64,000 nt of DNA from Octopus sinensis (lineage: Eukaryota). The notes below the pieces were generated by a model that saw only the letters and a program-made list of their open reading frames with translations, was not told the DNA's origin and did no database searches. The DNA lies in contig NC_042999.1 of assembly GCF_006345805.1 (NCBI RefSeq), positions 25,916,001-25,980,000 of the forward strand, given 5' to 3'. Made by a program: the position numbers and the translations under genes. Numbering within the stretch: the stretch's first letter is position 1; each line of letters starts with the position of its first letter. This document shows positions 1 to 13,899 of the stretch, piece by piece.

Positions 1-35
1 ATATACATACATACTTACATACATCGATATACATC

Positions 36-69
<34 letters not shown>

Positions 70-2124
70 TATATATATATATATATATATAGGCCGCTCA
101 CTTCCATCAACTCACTCACGAACAGACATATTAAGTCATGAATGTGTATTAGTCATCTTTGCGAATCATTCACAGCATACAAAGAATAAAATAGGGCCGC
201 TAGACTTCTGAGGAACTCGGCTTCTAGAGCACCCATCTTTAAAACGGGCTTTTTACGCCCATCTTTAAGAGCGCCCATGTTTAATACTTTAAGACGGCAC
301 TGGTTACAAATATTAATATTAAGACAATGAGTGTTGAAAGGATTTAAATATAATTGATGTGTCCTAAATAAAATTGATATATGTTCTGCAGTTATAGCAG
401 CCACTTTCATTAAATGTTGGTGTTGAGTCTGTAGCTGGCAGTTTGCGCTGGTTAATAGTATTTTTTAGTGAATTAGGTTGTCATTTGCATTTGATTATAT
501 TGTATAAGTCATGTGCATTTTTCATTCTTACGTCTAAATTCAGTAACAGTATGTTCTGATGGATAATACTTAATATTGCTGTGTTTCTTGGAAAGGGTGT
601 GTGTGCTGTAATTAAAGTTAGAATTTCGGATATATCTGAAGTGTTTTTTTGGCTTTTCATAATATTTCAGTGTCTATTCCTTTGGTGCTATTTATTCCAT
701 TCTCTATTAGAGAAGACATACTTTCTTTTATGCTGTGTGTGTATGCATGTGTGTACGTATATGGTATATGAATGCTTGGGCCTCAGTTGAATACATTATT
801 TTGTTTGTATTCAGTTATGCAGTGTATGGTGCGTGTTTGTGGTCATGTACATGTATTTATGTGAGAAACATCAAGTTCGAATATATAAAATATTGGAAAT
901 TGATACTTCATTGATCATTGCTAGACCAATTCGTAGGTCTTCTGTGGAGCATGAATTATAAAAATTGATATCAACAAATTGTTTATTTTAATTATTTCAA
1001 TACCATAGTGTACACTAGTGATATAGCTTGGATTAAATTCGAAATAGCTTTGGTTGATATTATATTTTTCCACAATTCTCTCAATCAAACGGACTTAGAT
1101 GCAAATATTAGGAAGGCTAGTTGTGTGAGAAATATAAGAAAGTAAATAGATTTGCTTTACGATGTACAGAATAAGAGAATAATGGAATTTCCTAACGTGG
1201 TGCATGAAGGTATTGTTGAGCGCACTTCAGCAAAAGCGTATACGTTTTCAGTCATTAACCAATATCATACTCTATCCAACTGCTATACATAGCATAATTT
1301 TCACTAAAATTATTATAGTCATTTCCATTCACAAGATAAATGTGTACATCTGCTGTATTATTTTTCTATTTTAAATCCTGCAGTGCTCCAGACTGTCTAT
1401 ATGTATGTGTATGTGTGTGTGTCGGGGGATATCCATGTGCGTTCGAGCGTGTGTGTTTTTTGCGTGTAGGTATGTCTGTGTGGATTCATGCATATAATAT
1501 AGTTTAACAGAACTATACAAAAACTATTTGATTGGTTTATATTTCGAGATGTGTTCTATTACTGAAAAGAGAGAAATAGATAAAGACAGATTGAGGGAGA
1601 AGAGAGAGAGAGTGATAGAGAGACTTAGAGGGAGGGAGAAGAAGAAATGAGAAAGCATAAATGACATTTATGAAAAGAATTTGAGACCTCACGTTACAAT
1701 CCTCCATACGGTATATGTGGATATATATATATATAGACGGAGAAAAAAGAGAGAGAGAGAAGGAAAGAGAAGAGAAAGATGTTATGCAAGTCATAAATGA
1801 AAGAATTAGAAGATGTTTTGCTGTAATTGAGTATCTGCTTCAATAAATTTCGCCCAATTATTTCACTGATATTCAACAAATACGAGGCAAAATGGTTGCT
1901 AAGATATCAAAAATTTAGATAGCCTTTGCATTACACTTCACTGCTTTGATAATATCATGTTGCTTTGATGTCCAGTTTGAAGATTGTTATATATTGTCGT
2001 ATTCAATGTCTTTAGGTAAAATATTGACACTCAATGCACAGAACCATACACGCATATTCATATATATATATAATTGCATTTATTCGTGTATATATAAAGA
2101 TATTTGCATACATATATATTTATG

Positions 2125-2178
<54 letters not shown>

Positions 2179-2278
2179 AAAGGGCTTAGTAAAATAAATT
2201 ACTTTGCCGCATAAATTTGCCGATTAATTAATTTTGCCCTCAATTGTTGAAATTATATATATATATATATATAAATAA

Positions 2279-2335
<57 letters not shown>

Positions 2336-2338
2336 TAC

Positions 2339-2382
<44 letters not shown>

Positions 2383-2429
2383 GTTTGCTACTATGTATTA
2401 TCTATTTTTTATAACTATCTAACTATCTA

Positions 2430-2514
2430 TTTCTCTCTCTCTCTCCTCTCCTCGTCTCTTCTCTCTCTCTCTCCTCTCCTCGTCTCTTCTCTCTCTCTCC
2501 TCTCCTCGTCTCTT

Positions 2515-2590
<76 letters not shown>
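2430..2590. repeat. Compound (CT)n/(CA)n/(TA)n microsatellite with three copies of a short CCTCTCCTCGTCTCTT block
   Basis: Directly visible in sequence. Confidence 0.9.
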
Positions 2591-2724
2591 GGGTTCATGG
2601 TTATTACATCATATATTCAGTTCTTAAACCGTGAGCACGTTATGTTCTTGTGCAATTTGCTTCATTTAACTTTGCTGCAGTCTATTCAACCAAAGTCTAT
2701 CAAATCTAATCAGTTAAAGATGAG

Positions 2725-3065
2725 TACCAGCCTTGTGAGTACGAATCTTGTGATCATCGATCTTGAGCTTATCGATCTTGTGAGTATCAATCTTGTGAAT
2801 ATCAATCTTGTGAATATCAATCTTCTGAGTATCAATCTTGTGAATATCACTCTTGTGAATATCAATCTTGTGAGTATCATCTTGTGAGTATCAATCTTGT
2901 GAGTATCAGTCTTGTGAGTATCAATCTTGTGAATATCAATCTTGTGACTATCAATCTTGTGAATATCAATCTTAAGAGTATCAATCTTGTGAGTATCAAT
3001 CTTGTGAGTATCAATCTTGTGAGTATCAATCTTGTGAGTATCAATCTTGCGCGTGTCAATCTTCC
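2725..3065. repeat. 15-bp minisatellite, about 23 units of TATCAATCTTGTGA(G/A)
   Basis: Units counted by eye; one 14-nt unit at 2875-2888; degenerate units at both ends. Confidence 0.97.
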
Positions 3066-3240
3066 CCAACTCTGCAGCGGCAGCCTCGGTGTTACTCTGT
3101 ATGAACACTGCGAGGAACCATAGTGCGTCTGCTCGAGTCTATTTACGCACCTAAAAGAAATAAGGAATTCTAAAAAAATTCTACTTATTTCCTACTATTC
3201 CTCTGACGATTGTTTGTGTTTACTCGATTTTTATAAGGAA

Positions 3241-3634
3241 CTAGCAGTATCACCCGGCGTTGCTCGGGTTTGTAAGGGAAATAACTATATAAGCATTTTT
3301 AGAGAGTTATAGCAAAAAATAGCAAAAAATGCATTAAAAATGGAAGAAAAATTATGGTAATTTTTTTTTAAATCATTGACTCATCGTAGACATATTTAGA
3401 GAGTTACTTCCCTTATATAATAGCGAAAAAGTGCATTAAAATGGAAAAAATGATGGTAAATTATTTTCAAAATCGTAGACTCATCGTAGACGCGCGCTAA
3501 TACCCAGAAGGGCTCGATATGAATCACGACTATATGATACCCGGTTTTGGTTAAACTGCACCGCCAAATGTGGGAGTAGTTAGGAATCTAAATCATAGGA
3601 GACAGACACACAACTTCACTTTTATATATAAGGA
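3241..3634 (-). mobile_element. Non-autonomous Helitron
   Basis: Minus strand starts ..CCTTATATATAAAAG and ends with hairpin CCCGAGCAACGCCGGG followed by ..CTAG|T; internal ~100-bp tandem duplication. Confidence 0.8.
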
Positions 3635-4149
3635 ATATTCCAGTTCTTCCAAAAATAAGATCTGTTGTAAATTACATTATACTCTATATGGATGAATATT
3701 CCACCACCGAATATGGCCTGTATGTCATCATGTTTCACAAATAAGTGTAGACTTTATATAATTTTCATAACTAAAATTACTTTATATTTCTGATCTACTG
3801 TGGGATTTCGGAGAACGAAGCTCAAAATAACGTTTAGCAAAGTTATACGCTTCGCATAAGTAGCATTTCCGTTTGTTTCCCCGAATCCCCATCTTTCTGT
3901 TATTAGAAGAAACCCTCCACCAGATAGATGTAGACTTATATGAGGGAACAAACGAAACTCAATGGCACTCAATACATTTGTCTACATACATATGTATGTA
4001 TGCATGCATGTATTTATTTATTTATGTATGTATGTATATAGATATGTATATATATATACATATTAATGTTCTCATTTTGTTAAATGAATAAATAATCCAA
4101 CATTATAATATCCGAAAGTTGATGAACAAACTAAATATGTTTCTCCATT

Positions 4150-4178
4150 TTCTTATTTGTATTATATATACATACATA

Positions 4179-4262
<84 letters not shown>

Positions 4263-4293
4263 AATATCTTTGATTGAGTTGACAAACTGTTAT

Positions 4294-4349
<56 letters not shown>

Positions 4350-4357
4350 CGAGAGAC

Positions 4358-4438
<81 letters not shown>

Positions 4439-4445
4439 GGTAGAA
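4150..4445. repeat. Compound (TA)n/(GA)n/(TAGA)n microsatellite
   Basis: Directly visible. Confidence 0.95.
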
Positions 4446-7400
4446 AGATATACTTGTCACTTGAAGATAAAAATAAGACTATAATAATTTTTGATTTCAA
4501 ACTGCCTCCTAATTAAGTTTTATTTGTATATAATTTAAAAATATTCCCTTTGTTTTCAATTTGCGTCTACACTTCTGCATTTATACACGTGCATGTGAAC
4601 CATACTATATCACAAACAGTCACATACACACACACACACACACACACACTTTGAAACTAGTATTAACTCCCTATCAATGAAATTACATTTTGACTACAGC
4701 TCCCTCATTATTTTATGTTCATTGTTTATCTCTTCGTTTAGTTGAAATATGAAAATAGATATTAAAGAGTTTCGGTGCATTATTTCTTACCATGCTCTAA
4801 AGTACCGAAAATATAATGAAATCTTCAACATAAGTTGTATTAAAGCGAGCTAACCCATGTTTATACTTTGAAAGTTTCGTCAACATTCACAATGATGAAT
4901 AGGGTAAATAATTTACATCCGCCTCTTCCATTATCGGAAAACCTATATTACACCTGTGATAAAATTGCTAACTGCATTGTCGAGATATATATGTCGAGAT
5001 ATACATGCATTGTCAGAAACACTTTGAGATGGAGCCTGTCTTGGAGAAGAGTACTATAGTGGTCCCCACGTTTTTGTCATGGCTCAGTGCTCAGAAACTG
5101 GGTGATTTTTTTCGTAGTATTTGATGGCATTTCGTTTTATCAGTTCCGGTATGAAGGAAAACGAAACTACTCGCGGCACAATTTGAAATATAAACGTGAA
5201 GATCGAATTCAAATACCGCAAAATATTCGTCATCGAATAACCTTTCTACCCACGGCCGGTTCTCATAGAAACAATGTATGGGGATATGATGATCACACAC
5301 ATGATGACAGGAGATAGTTTTAGTACAATGTCAGAAATAAGTTGTAACATAGGATGAGGTGTTTTGGGTATATCCGCGGCTACATATTTCTCACAGTAAA
5401 CAAAATATACTAACATTTCTTCCTGTTTATTACCCATTTTACCTTTTTAATGTTTCAACATAAAATCTGCCACTGATATTTTAGTAGACTAACCAATAAT
5501 GCACTATTTCTAACGTTTCATACATCAAACAACTTGATTTAGTGTTAGTAATTTTATAGCTGAATATTCGGATCATTTATACTACATCGAAAAAAATATT
5601 CCAGTCATATCTTAATATCTTTTTATGATATGTAATATTGATGTCGTACGTTTATAGTTTTATGGCAATATCTTCCTTTTTGCAAATAATTTTATATTTT
5701 ATTCATGAAATTTTTACCTTAGAAACTATCTAATGATGAAAAAAAAAACATGCTGATATGGTGTTCATACTTTTCTAAGTGGATTAACAACATATGTAGA
5801 ATAAAACATAAATATACATTCTAATCACTACCTCGGGAAATGTGTGTATTTAGTAAGCAAAAATTCTCATTCGAAAAATTTCCCTTTGTAATATTGATGA
5901 TATTGGTAATTATTAATATCAATTATTATAATAACCGTCACCAGAAGCCCTCTAAATTAAATTCTTTTATTTATAATATCAAAGATATCCGTCATGCATC
6001 TACACTCTGATCACTTACATATTTCGGAGAGATGAAGGCTTTAAACATTCCTAAACCTGTTCACCATTTATAGTGCACAATCCATTACAATCCTCGCCTC
6101 GGGTGGCCATAAAGACATAACAACAAATAACTCCGCCTTCGTTTTATGATATTTCCTGCTCATCAGTCAACCTCATGTTTTCCATTATTTTGCTTTTGTC
6201 TATTTTTTTTTCATGCTGCTTCTCCACCTCATTCGTGACCATCCTACACCTATTTTAATGGTTGTTTATCTATGCATGACAATTTTCACTCCAGTTAGCG
6301 TGATATGGTGTCATGATACATTAAAAAAGAAACACTTAGTTTTCCGCCTTTTAAGCAATTGTGGGAAGCATTTCCTGCTTCACAATCTGCTCTACTATTA
6401 ATCAGTATGGGAGATTGTCAATGTGACTGCTTTTGTTATGTGTTCCTATTATATTAACCTGATTTTCCTCCAATATAATAATTTCGCTTGACCATAATCT
6501 AAGAACAAGCCACCTAATAATATTTTCATTCATATTCATAGGAACACAATGCAGAGTGCAACAATATAGTTTAACGTAATACACAGCTTAACAATATAAC
6601 ATGATGCAGTATAGAAGGCTAGAATATAGGGCGGTGGAAAGCAAAGTGTCAGACTGCCGAGTAACACGGTACACTTTTCCACTACATAGGTAGCATATAT
6701 AGTTTCAAGTCATATAGTGCACAATAAACAATGGGCATGCGATAACGTAATGTAGTACAGTTTCACAGTATAATCATAATATTCGATGTCGTCTCATACT
6801 CGCATGATATACACAGAACCACGGTATTTTGTCACGGTATATTCCATGGCTAAAGTCTGTGAAAAAATCAGCTTCATTACTGGCGTCTTTAAAGTCACCT
6901 TTACGAAGTTCATTGTCACTAAAGACAATGTCCCATTATGCAGTGACACCAAAGACAGTTTTAAATGATAAAGCTTACTTGTATTAGTGAAAAATATCTT
7001 CATGATATTCAGTCGATAATAGAAACTTGACTCTCATGGATCTATCGCGGAACTGATATCATATTAGATCGTCATTCGTACTTTGAAAATGACACTATAT
7101 TGGGCATGTCCATTTTCAATGTAGGGAACACAAAGTACAGTTAAGTAAAGTCCAAGTGAGTCGGTTATGGCAACACTGCACAGTATTTTTATGAGTAATA
7201 TCCACATATATATACGACTCATTTCTGCACTCTTTTAGTTTTGCCCAATTACAAAGTTTTGCCCAACAGAATATTATGGAGCAAAAATCACACAATACGT
7301 TGCGCACTCTTATCAGAGTTTGTTGTGAAACAAATATCCTAAACAAACAACCATATACTTCGATGCATTTAATTTGCTGTATTGACGACGCTATTTCTCA

Positions 7401-7599
7401 CCTCCACGTTTCCACTACTTTATACCTTTGCAAAGACCCATGTTCTTCTTGGCTAACAATAATTGCCAATGAATATTTCGTAGGATATGAAAATGAAAAG
7501 GCACCTTCTTTTGAGACAATGATAAGTATTAGCCTGTCGTTTGGGATTAGAGTTCAAAACGTCCGTTTATGATAATTACATTTTGGGGCTAGGAAGGAA

Positions 7600-7990
7600 T
7601 TACAACCGTGTTTCGTGGTCTGCTACCACAACAGCTCCTTTATAGGATCCAGTTAGCTCAAGACATTATCAGGAGGAACCACATCCGGTTTCGGCCCCTA
7701 CTCCTCTACCGTTTTGACGTCCCCCCCCCTTTCGGAGGTGTCTTCAGCTCTGGTGTTGGTTGCGTGTCTTCTTTCTTCTTCTTTTTTCTGTTCCTTGGCC
7801 TCTTCGATGTATCGTCAGCGAATGTCAGCCGGTGACTGACTGTCTTCGCAAAATTTTCCCTTTAAATACCTGCCGCATAATCTCCAGCAGGCAGCCCCAG
7901 CAAGTTGTCACGTGACACTGTCTCACCTTAACTGACTTGTGAAGGCGCGTAAAATTTATTAAATTTAGTCTGTTACTAATACATTTTAAT
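7600..7990 (-). mobile_element. GC-richer interspersed repeat, possibly a Penelope-like pseudo-LTR relic
   Basis: Minus strand has CTGAAGA, a hairpin, (A/G)AAAC and a second GGCCGAAAC; no ORF. Confidence 0.3.
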
Positions 7991-8194
7991 AAAATCCGTA
8001 TTGTACATCTTAGTCATCCAATTATTCACCGTTTCATTTTGTAGTGTTTCTCAACGTCTCATATGCGTCGCTTTAAAATATTGAGACTGGTACGTGGTTT
8101 TGGTAAAATTAATTCATATCCTGTTGGCAACTCACCAGACATTATAATAAAATAATACAGACACTTAGCTTCAACATATAGATATCTTTTATAC

Positions 8195-8430
8195 TTTTCG
8201 GCCATTAGACTGTGGTCATGCTAGGGCATTTACAGACGAATGAATCGACCTCATCACTTATTTGTTTAAGCCCGGTACATATTCTATCGGCCGCTTTTTA
8301 CAGAACCACTACGCTACTGGGATTCTTTCAGTTTCTGCCAAGAAAATCCACTCACAAGTTCTGGGGCTGTCTGAAACCAAAGAGGGAAGTTGCCCAAGGT
8401 AGTAGGCCCGCCAAAATGCTTAGTGGCACT
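8195..8430 (-). mobile_element. Decayed tRNA-SINE, family A
   Basis: Shares TATTCTATCGG, TTCAGTTTC, AAATCCACTCACAAG and TTGCCCAAGG blocks with the 38112-38501 copy. Confidence 0.7.
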
Positions 8431-8884
8431 TAACTTATTTCGTTTTTACGCTATGACTTTGCCTTTCGGGTTCGATAAAATAAATTCCTGTTGAGCACCT
8501 GCTTCCTAGAAATTGTTGGCCTTGTGCCAAAATTTGAAACCAGTATATATTACCGATTATATTCATCCTTTTTCTGGGAATCAATTGTGTTGAAAATATC
8601 TCTAAGCATAAAATTGTGCAGAAAAAGTTATGGAAATATAAGTGAAGTAAAACATATATTTAGTTATATTCGGGTGTTGCAGAAAATAAATTCATAAACA
8701 AATCTATTTCATATAGTACTTCAATCGGATACCAAAACTGTCCGTTGTATACTGCCTGTCTAGAAGTACTAAACTCCATTAGAGCTCACCAATCAGCAGT
8801 GTTGAACACAGTCGATTTCTTCCAGTGCGACAAGAGAGAGAGAGAGTGAATTTATTTGCAGTACATGACTTATACTTAATTTTG

Positions 8885-9474
8885 TTTCGTTAATGCCCAC
8901 AAAGAGCTAAACATAGAGGGGACAAGCAAGGACAGACAAACGGATTAAGTCAATTATATCGACCCGAGTGCGTAACTGTTACTTATTTAATCGACACCGA
9001 AAGGATGAAAGGCAAAGTCAATCTCGGCGGAATTTGAACTCAGAACGTAGCGGCAGACGCAATGCCTATTCCTTTACTACCAACAAGGGGCTACACACAG
9101 AGGGGAAAATCAAGGACAGACAAACGGATTAAGTCGATTATATCGACCCCAGTTTGTAACTGGTACTTAATATCGACCCCGAAAGGATAAAAGGTAAAGT
9201 CCATCTCGGCGGAATTTGAACTCAGAACGGAACGGCAGCCGAAATACCTATCTCTTTATTTCCCACAAGGGGCTAAACACAGAGGGAAGGACAGACTTAG
9301 GTATTAAGTCGATTATATCGCCCCCAGTGCGTAACTGGTACTTAATTTATCGACCCCGAAAGGATAAAAGGCAAAGTCGACCTCGGCGGAATTTGAACTC
9401 ACAACGTAACGACAGACGAAATACCGCTAAGCATTTCGCCCGGCATGCTAACGTGTCTGCCAGCTCGCCGCCTT
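8885..9474 (-). mobile_element. Head-to-tail trimer of tRNA-SINE family C
   Basis: Three ~180-bp bodies (GTCGACTTTGCCTTTCATCCTTTCGGGGTCGATAAATTAAGTACCAG core); one full head GGCGGCGAGCTGGCAG at ~9474. Confidence 0.9.
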
Positions 9475-9779
9475 CCATGACTTATACTTTATTTAGCAAC
9501 TCAGGAGGTTTGAAAGGCAACGTTTATTTCCGTGCGATTTTAACTGAGAGCAATTTCAGACTGAATGCCACGACTGCATTTAATATATACATATCTGTTT
9601 CTATTTACTTGTTTCTGCCATTGGACTGCACCACATTGAAGGTTTTGTTTTTTCCTTTTGTGTATGATACTCATTCTAATAATTGCTTTTACGGAACGAT
9701 TGATATGTAGTGACGTACACAATCAATGGTCTTTAAGCGGTGGTGAGGCTGGATATGCATAGAACGAAACACACACGCA

Positions 9780-9950
9780 CACACATACACACACACATGC
9801 GCAGGACGTCTTCAGTTTTCTAGTACCAAATCAACTCAGAAGGCTTTGGATTGTCTGGAGATCTAGTAAAAGTTAATTGCCCAAGGTGGAACTGAACCTG
9901 AAACTACATGGTTGGGTAGGAAGCTTCCCATGCCACAGCTAATATGACAC
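9780..9950 (-). mobile_element. Decayed SINE family A, 5' part
   Basis: TTCAGTTT..CCAAATC..AAGGCTTTGG..TTGCCCAAGG..ACATGGTTGGG blocks. Confidence 0.65.
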
Positions 9951-10720
9951 CTATATATATATAATATACACCTATATATATATATATAGGGTCATAATAA
10001 TATGACCCTATACTATTATTATTACCTAAGTTCACAAATTGAATACTGTAGGATCTGCAAAATGCCGATCTGACTACTCTGATGAATGTTAAAAAAACTC
10101 CAGCGATTAATTACTTTGTTGCTGGTTAGCTTCGAACTCATGTCCTTGAAGTACGAAAACAAATAGCATTCATTCCCCACCTCCACTCTTTTGCTTGATG
10201 TATCTCCATTAAAACACTGATAAACTCTATTATTTCATTTTTATATTATATTTTGATAAATTTGTGTAGGATGAAAAAATATTGCTTTAAGTGTTTTCTA
10301 CAACGCAAATAACAAAAGTTGTTTGTATTTTATTTAAAGACTCGAAATTATTCAGATGAAAACTATCTGAAAAATGAGAAATTTTTCAATTACTAGTGAA
10401 GCAGTATGAAATGTTACATTCAACAGTTTTTTTGTTTAAATCTTGTTTTTGATTTCTTCAGCTGCCAGGCCAAGAGAATGAATGTTTAACTTATGGAGTT
10501 CTCACAATTGGCATGAATACAAGTCAGAAGTAATCCTAAAACTATGAGCCTTTCCCACATTTCAGACTTTATGCCTATCTCTGAAATCATTATTATTACC
10601 ACTAAAGTGTTTTGACATACGCTATCCAAAACACAGGTAAACAGATATTTATAAATGATCTTAAGCAGAGTCCTACAACAATACCAACAAAAAGAACAAT
10701 AATGATAATAATAAAAATAA

Positions 10721-11153
10721 GGATCTTTTCGGTTTGAACGGCAGTTTTTAACATAATTTCTAGGTAACTAAACACTTTTAAACTTCGTATACTGGTAGAA
10801 TGTGTTTATAAAACATCTTTTTCTCTTGGCTTTATTGAGAAAATTCTATAGTGTGTAAGATATTTGTTGTTTTTTTCTTCAATTTCTGCAATTTCAACCA
10901 ATCAATGACGTATATTGAGTTAAAAAGCATTCTGTGTCGTATGACTATGTCCCTCGTTTAAGAAACAGATTGGGTTTATTTACGTTTGTGAAGAAAAAAT
11001 ATATATCCTTCCCCTCACACCTAACCCTAACCCTAACTAACCCTAACCCTAAAAGAGATTGAAATGCAATATATCGATTCTAGGGTCATAATTATGGGTG
11101 ACAATTTCATATAACACCGCGAGAAAAAACTGCCATTCAAACCGAAAAGATCC
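10721..11153. mobile_element. MITE with 29-bp TIRs, 8-bp TSD and internal (CCCTAA)n
   Basis: GGATCTTTTCGGTTTGAACGGCAGTTTTT (10721-10749) vs AAAAACTGCCATTCAAACCGAAAAGATCC (11125-11153), 1 mismatch; AAAAATAA flanks both sides. Confidence 0.9.
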
Positions 11154-11162
11154 AAAAATAAT

Positions 11163-11353
11163 CCTTTCTACTATAGACACAAGACCTGAATCTTGTGGGG
11201 AAAGGACTAGTCAATTACATCCATCTCCGCGTTTCATTAGTACTTAATTTATGGACCTCTAAACCATAAAAGGCAAAATCGACTACGGCGAAGACGGACG
11301 AAGTACCCCTAAGAATTTCGTCCGGGCTAACAATTCTGTCTGCTCGCCTCCTT
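11163..11353 (-). mobile_element. Decayed family C-like SINE
   Basis: GTACTTAATTTAT..AAAGGCAAA.TCGAC..CGGCG..GCTCGCC blocks. Confidence 0.65.
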
Positions 11354-12647
11354 ACATTTTATACGTTTTTATATTTAAGCTTTTCAGGATTCATAAAAAC
11401 CAATGTCAAACCAATTTTTTTTTTGGACCTTTGAACGAAATTCGTTAAAATTTTCTTTCAAACTTAAGAATTCTGTAAAAAAAAATATAGTGACACAAAT
11501 GGAGTGTTTGCCTGGTTGTTGCAACGCTAACTAAAAATCCATTTATTACAGATTTCTTTCACTCCTCGCATTGTGAACTCGAAGACAACGGTTGTGGCAT
11601 CACCGCTTTCGTTACCTCCTCCTCTACAATAAATAACTATGTCGGCAACAATAACAACAATATCGACAATGTCGACTTCTAAAAAAGTAAAAGAACAGCA
11701 ACAAAACATTGATAAGCAAGATACCGAAACAAAGATGATTAATTGGAAAAACCTACAATTACAATGCCTATATTCTCACCAACATCAACATTAAGACTAT
11801 TACTAGTAATAACGCCATATGACTTGTAATAACGCCAATAGCGTAGTTACCTCTTCTTGAACAAAAATATAGGCAGTAGTCCTTAGTTTTCTCGTTTAAT
11901 TCACCAAGGCCTTACTAAGAATTCGATGTGTTAAATTACACTGCCTTGGTGTCATCTTGGAAGCAAGGATGACAACTCAAGGACCTGTAGTATTTAGACG
12001 TAGGCTAAGTGGTGATCGGCGTGACCAAGGTTTCCGATACACATGTATTCGCGCCCATCATCGGCAGCTATGCGATGCGTCCTTCTCAAGTCGCGTAGGG
12101 GTGGGAAGGTGGAGAATTATTTCTGAAAGGTCTACGGTCTACCATATTCGGAGATGAAGATATATGGCTTGGCAGTTATTTGACTTTAAGGTCTGAATTC
12201 CAACAATACAGTTTCTTTGTTTTATACTGTAGTTATATGTATTAGCACAAAAATTCAATATGTCTCAAGTCGAAGACAAATACACGCGAAATCTAACAAA
12301 CATCTACGTGTACGATAGTCTCTGATCACTTGATCTACAACAACTCTTCGTCAAACTAAATTGCCTTCAAGTTACACATCGACCTAAATAGAACCAGATT
12401 TATAATGTAGTCCGGAGAATATTTCTCATGAAAAGGGTGGAACGCTAATAATTGAAACATTTTGGTTTGAAGGAATGCTGCTCCGCTGCGTTTAAACGTC
12501 AACGACTTGATAACCCGAGCAATCAGCTAATGAAAATGGGTTCAATACATTCCAAAGATTGAAAAACATTATTCGCCTGGAATGGTTTCATTATTAAGCC
12601 ACTACGGACAACACTGAAGATCAAGTCATTCTACTAAGTGCACACAT

Positions 12648-12688
<41 letters not shown>

Positions 12689-13899
12689 CACACACATGCG
12701 TACATGCACACACACACGCACTCGTGCGCACACACACACCCAAAACAAGCACATATACACATATGTACACACGTACGTCAGTGGATGTGTAGATATATTG
12801 TCTTTATATCCATTAAATTTAGCAGGATTTCTGTGTTTTTGTTTTCAGCAGGAATATATTTGCAATTGAAAAAGAAAACTGAAGGAGATGCATATATCTG
12901 TTCATAACACTGGACTAATCGCAGTAGCAATCTGATCTGTCATACGTTGCAACATTGGAAAAGAGTATCTTGATGAATTAGAAACAGCTACTTCAATTTA
13001 CCTCTTTATGTTATTGGTGTGTACAATTAGAAGAGTGTTATAAAGTAAATATTTCTACGTACTATACTTAGCCAACGAAACTAATTTGATTTTAGGTTCA
13101 ACTCACTTATGTCTGCGCGAAAGACATAATCAACACATTTCGCAATTAAATTTCCGCATACTGACCAAGATGATCACACTTCGTTTGGGAGATATAGTTA
13201 ATCATGTAACTCAAGCAATTCTCCGTCACTATTCTAATAATTGACAGGATAATTGAATTATATGTATTGGTCTATAGCCAACAATTAAAAGGGCATATAT
13301 TGATTGTCTTTAAACCAGTATATTTCTGGTACATGTCCTATCGAATCCGATGTAGAAGTGTAAATAAAACTCAGAGGAGAAATGAAATAATATATATTAT
13401 TTTCTTATAATTACGAACGTTGTATGGGCTTTATTTTTCGTCAGTAGAGTAATATATATATTTATATAATTTTCAGACAAATGTAGTTTAGGTAACAATC
13501 TGAGATTTTGCCTATAACATATTTATCATATTCGCTGTATGAGTAAAGGAAGGTGAAGCCAGAAGATACGAATGCAATTATATCGCTGAGAAACGTTGGA
13601 ATACATACAATTGCATACTCTTCATGTTTTAGGCTTTCAAAACATGAAAGGGAAAAATCTATTATCTACTGTTATGAGAGTAAGCCACTTCTAGGTTGTG
13701 GAATAAATTCATTTGCCTCGCAAATATGTACTTTCGAGCTAGATTGTAATGTATGTCACCTGGGCAGCGGAATTAGATAAACGGAAATTGAGTATCGCTG
13801 TTGGATAGAGTATTCCTTTGGTGGAAGGGAAAATTAATATGAGGCACAACCTATCAATCTTTTATAATTTATTTGTTTCAATCATGAGAATGAAGTTAG

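Noticed and set aside
2725-3065. CRISPR-like array
   Set aside because: Contiguous tandem units with no unique spacers, in a eukaryotic context.
4860-7570. Hydrophobic minus-strand frames (~5050-5440, ~6400-7560) suggesting a decayed GPCR or multipass protein, e.g. LCSVAITDSL
   Set aside because: Frequent stops, motif spacing that does not fit, and AT-rich DNA yields F/L/I/Y-rich frames by chance. A tBLASTn/HMM search would be needed to revive this.
11019-11052. Chromosome end or fusion scar
   Set aside because: Only about five telomeric units, lying inside a TIR/TSD-bounded MITE.
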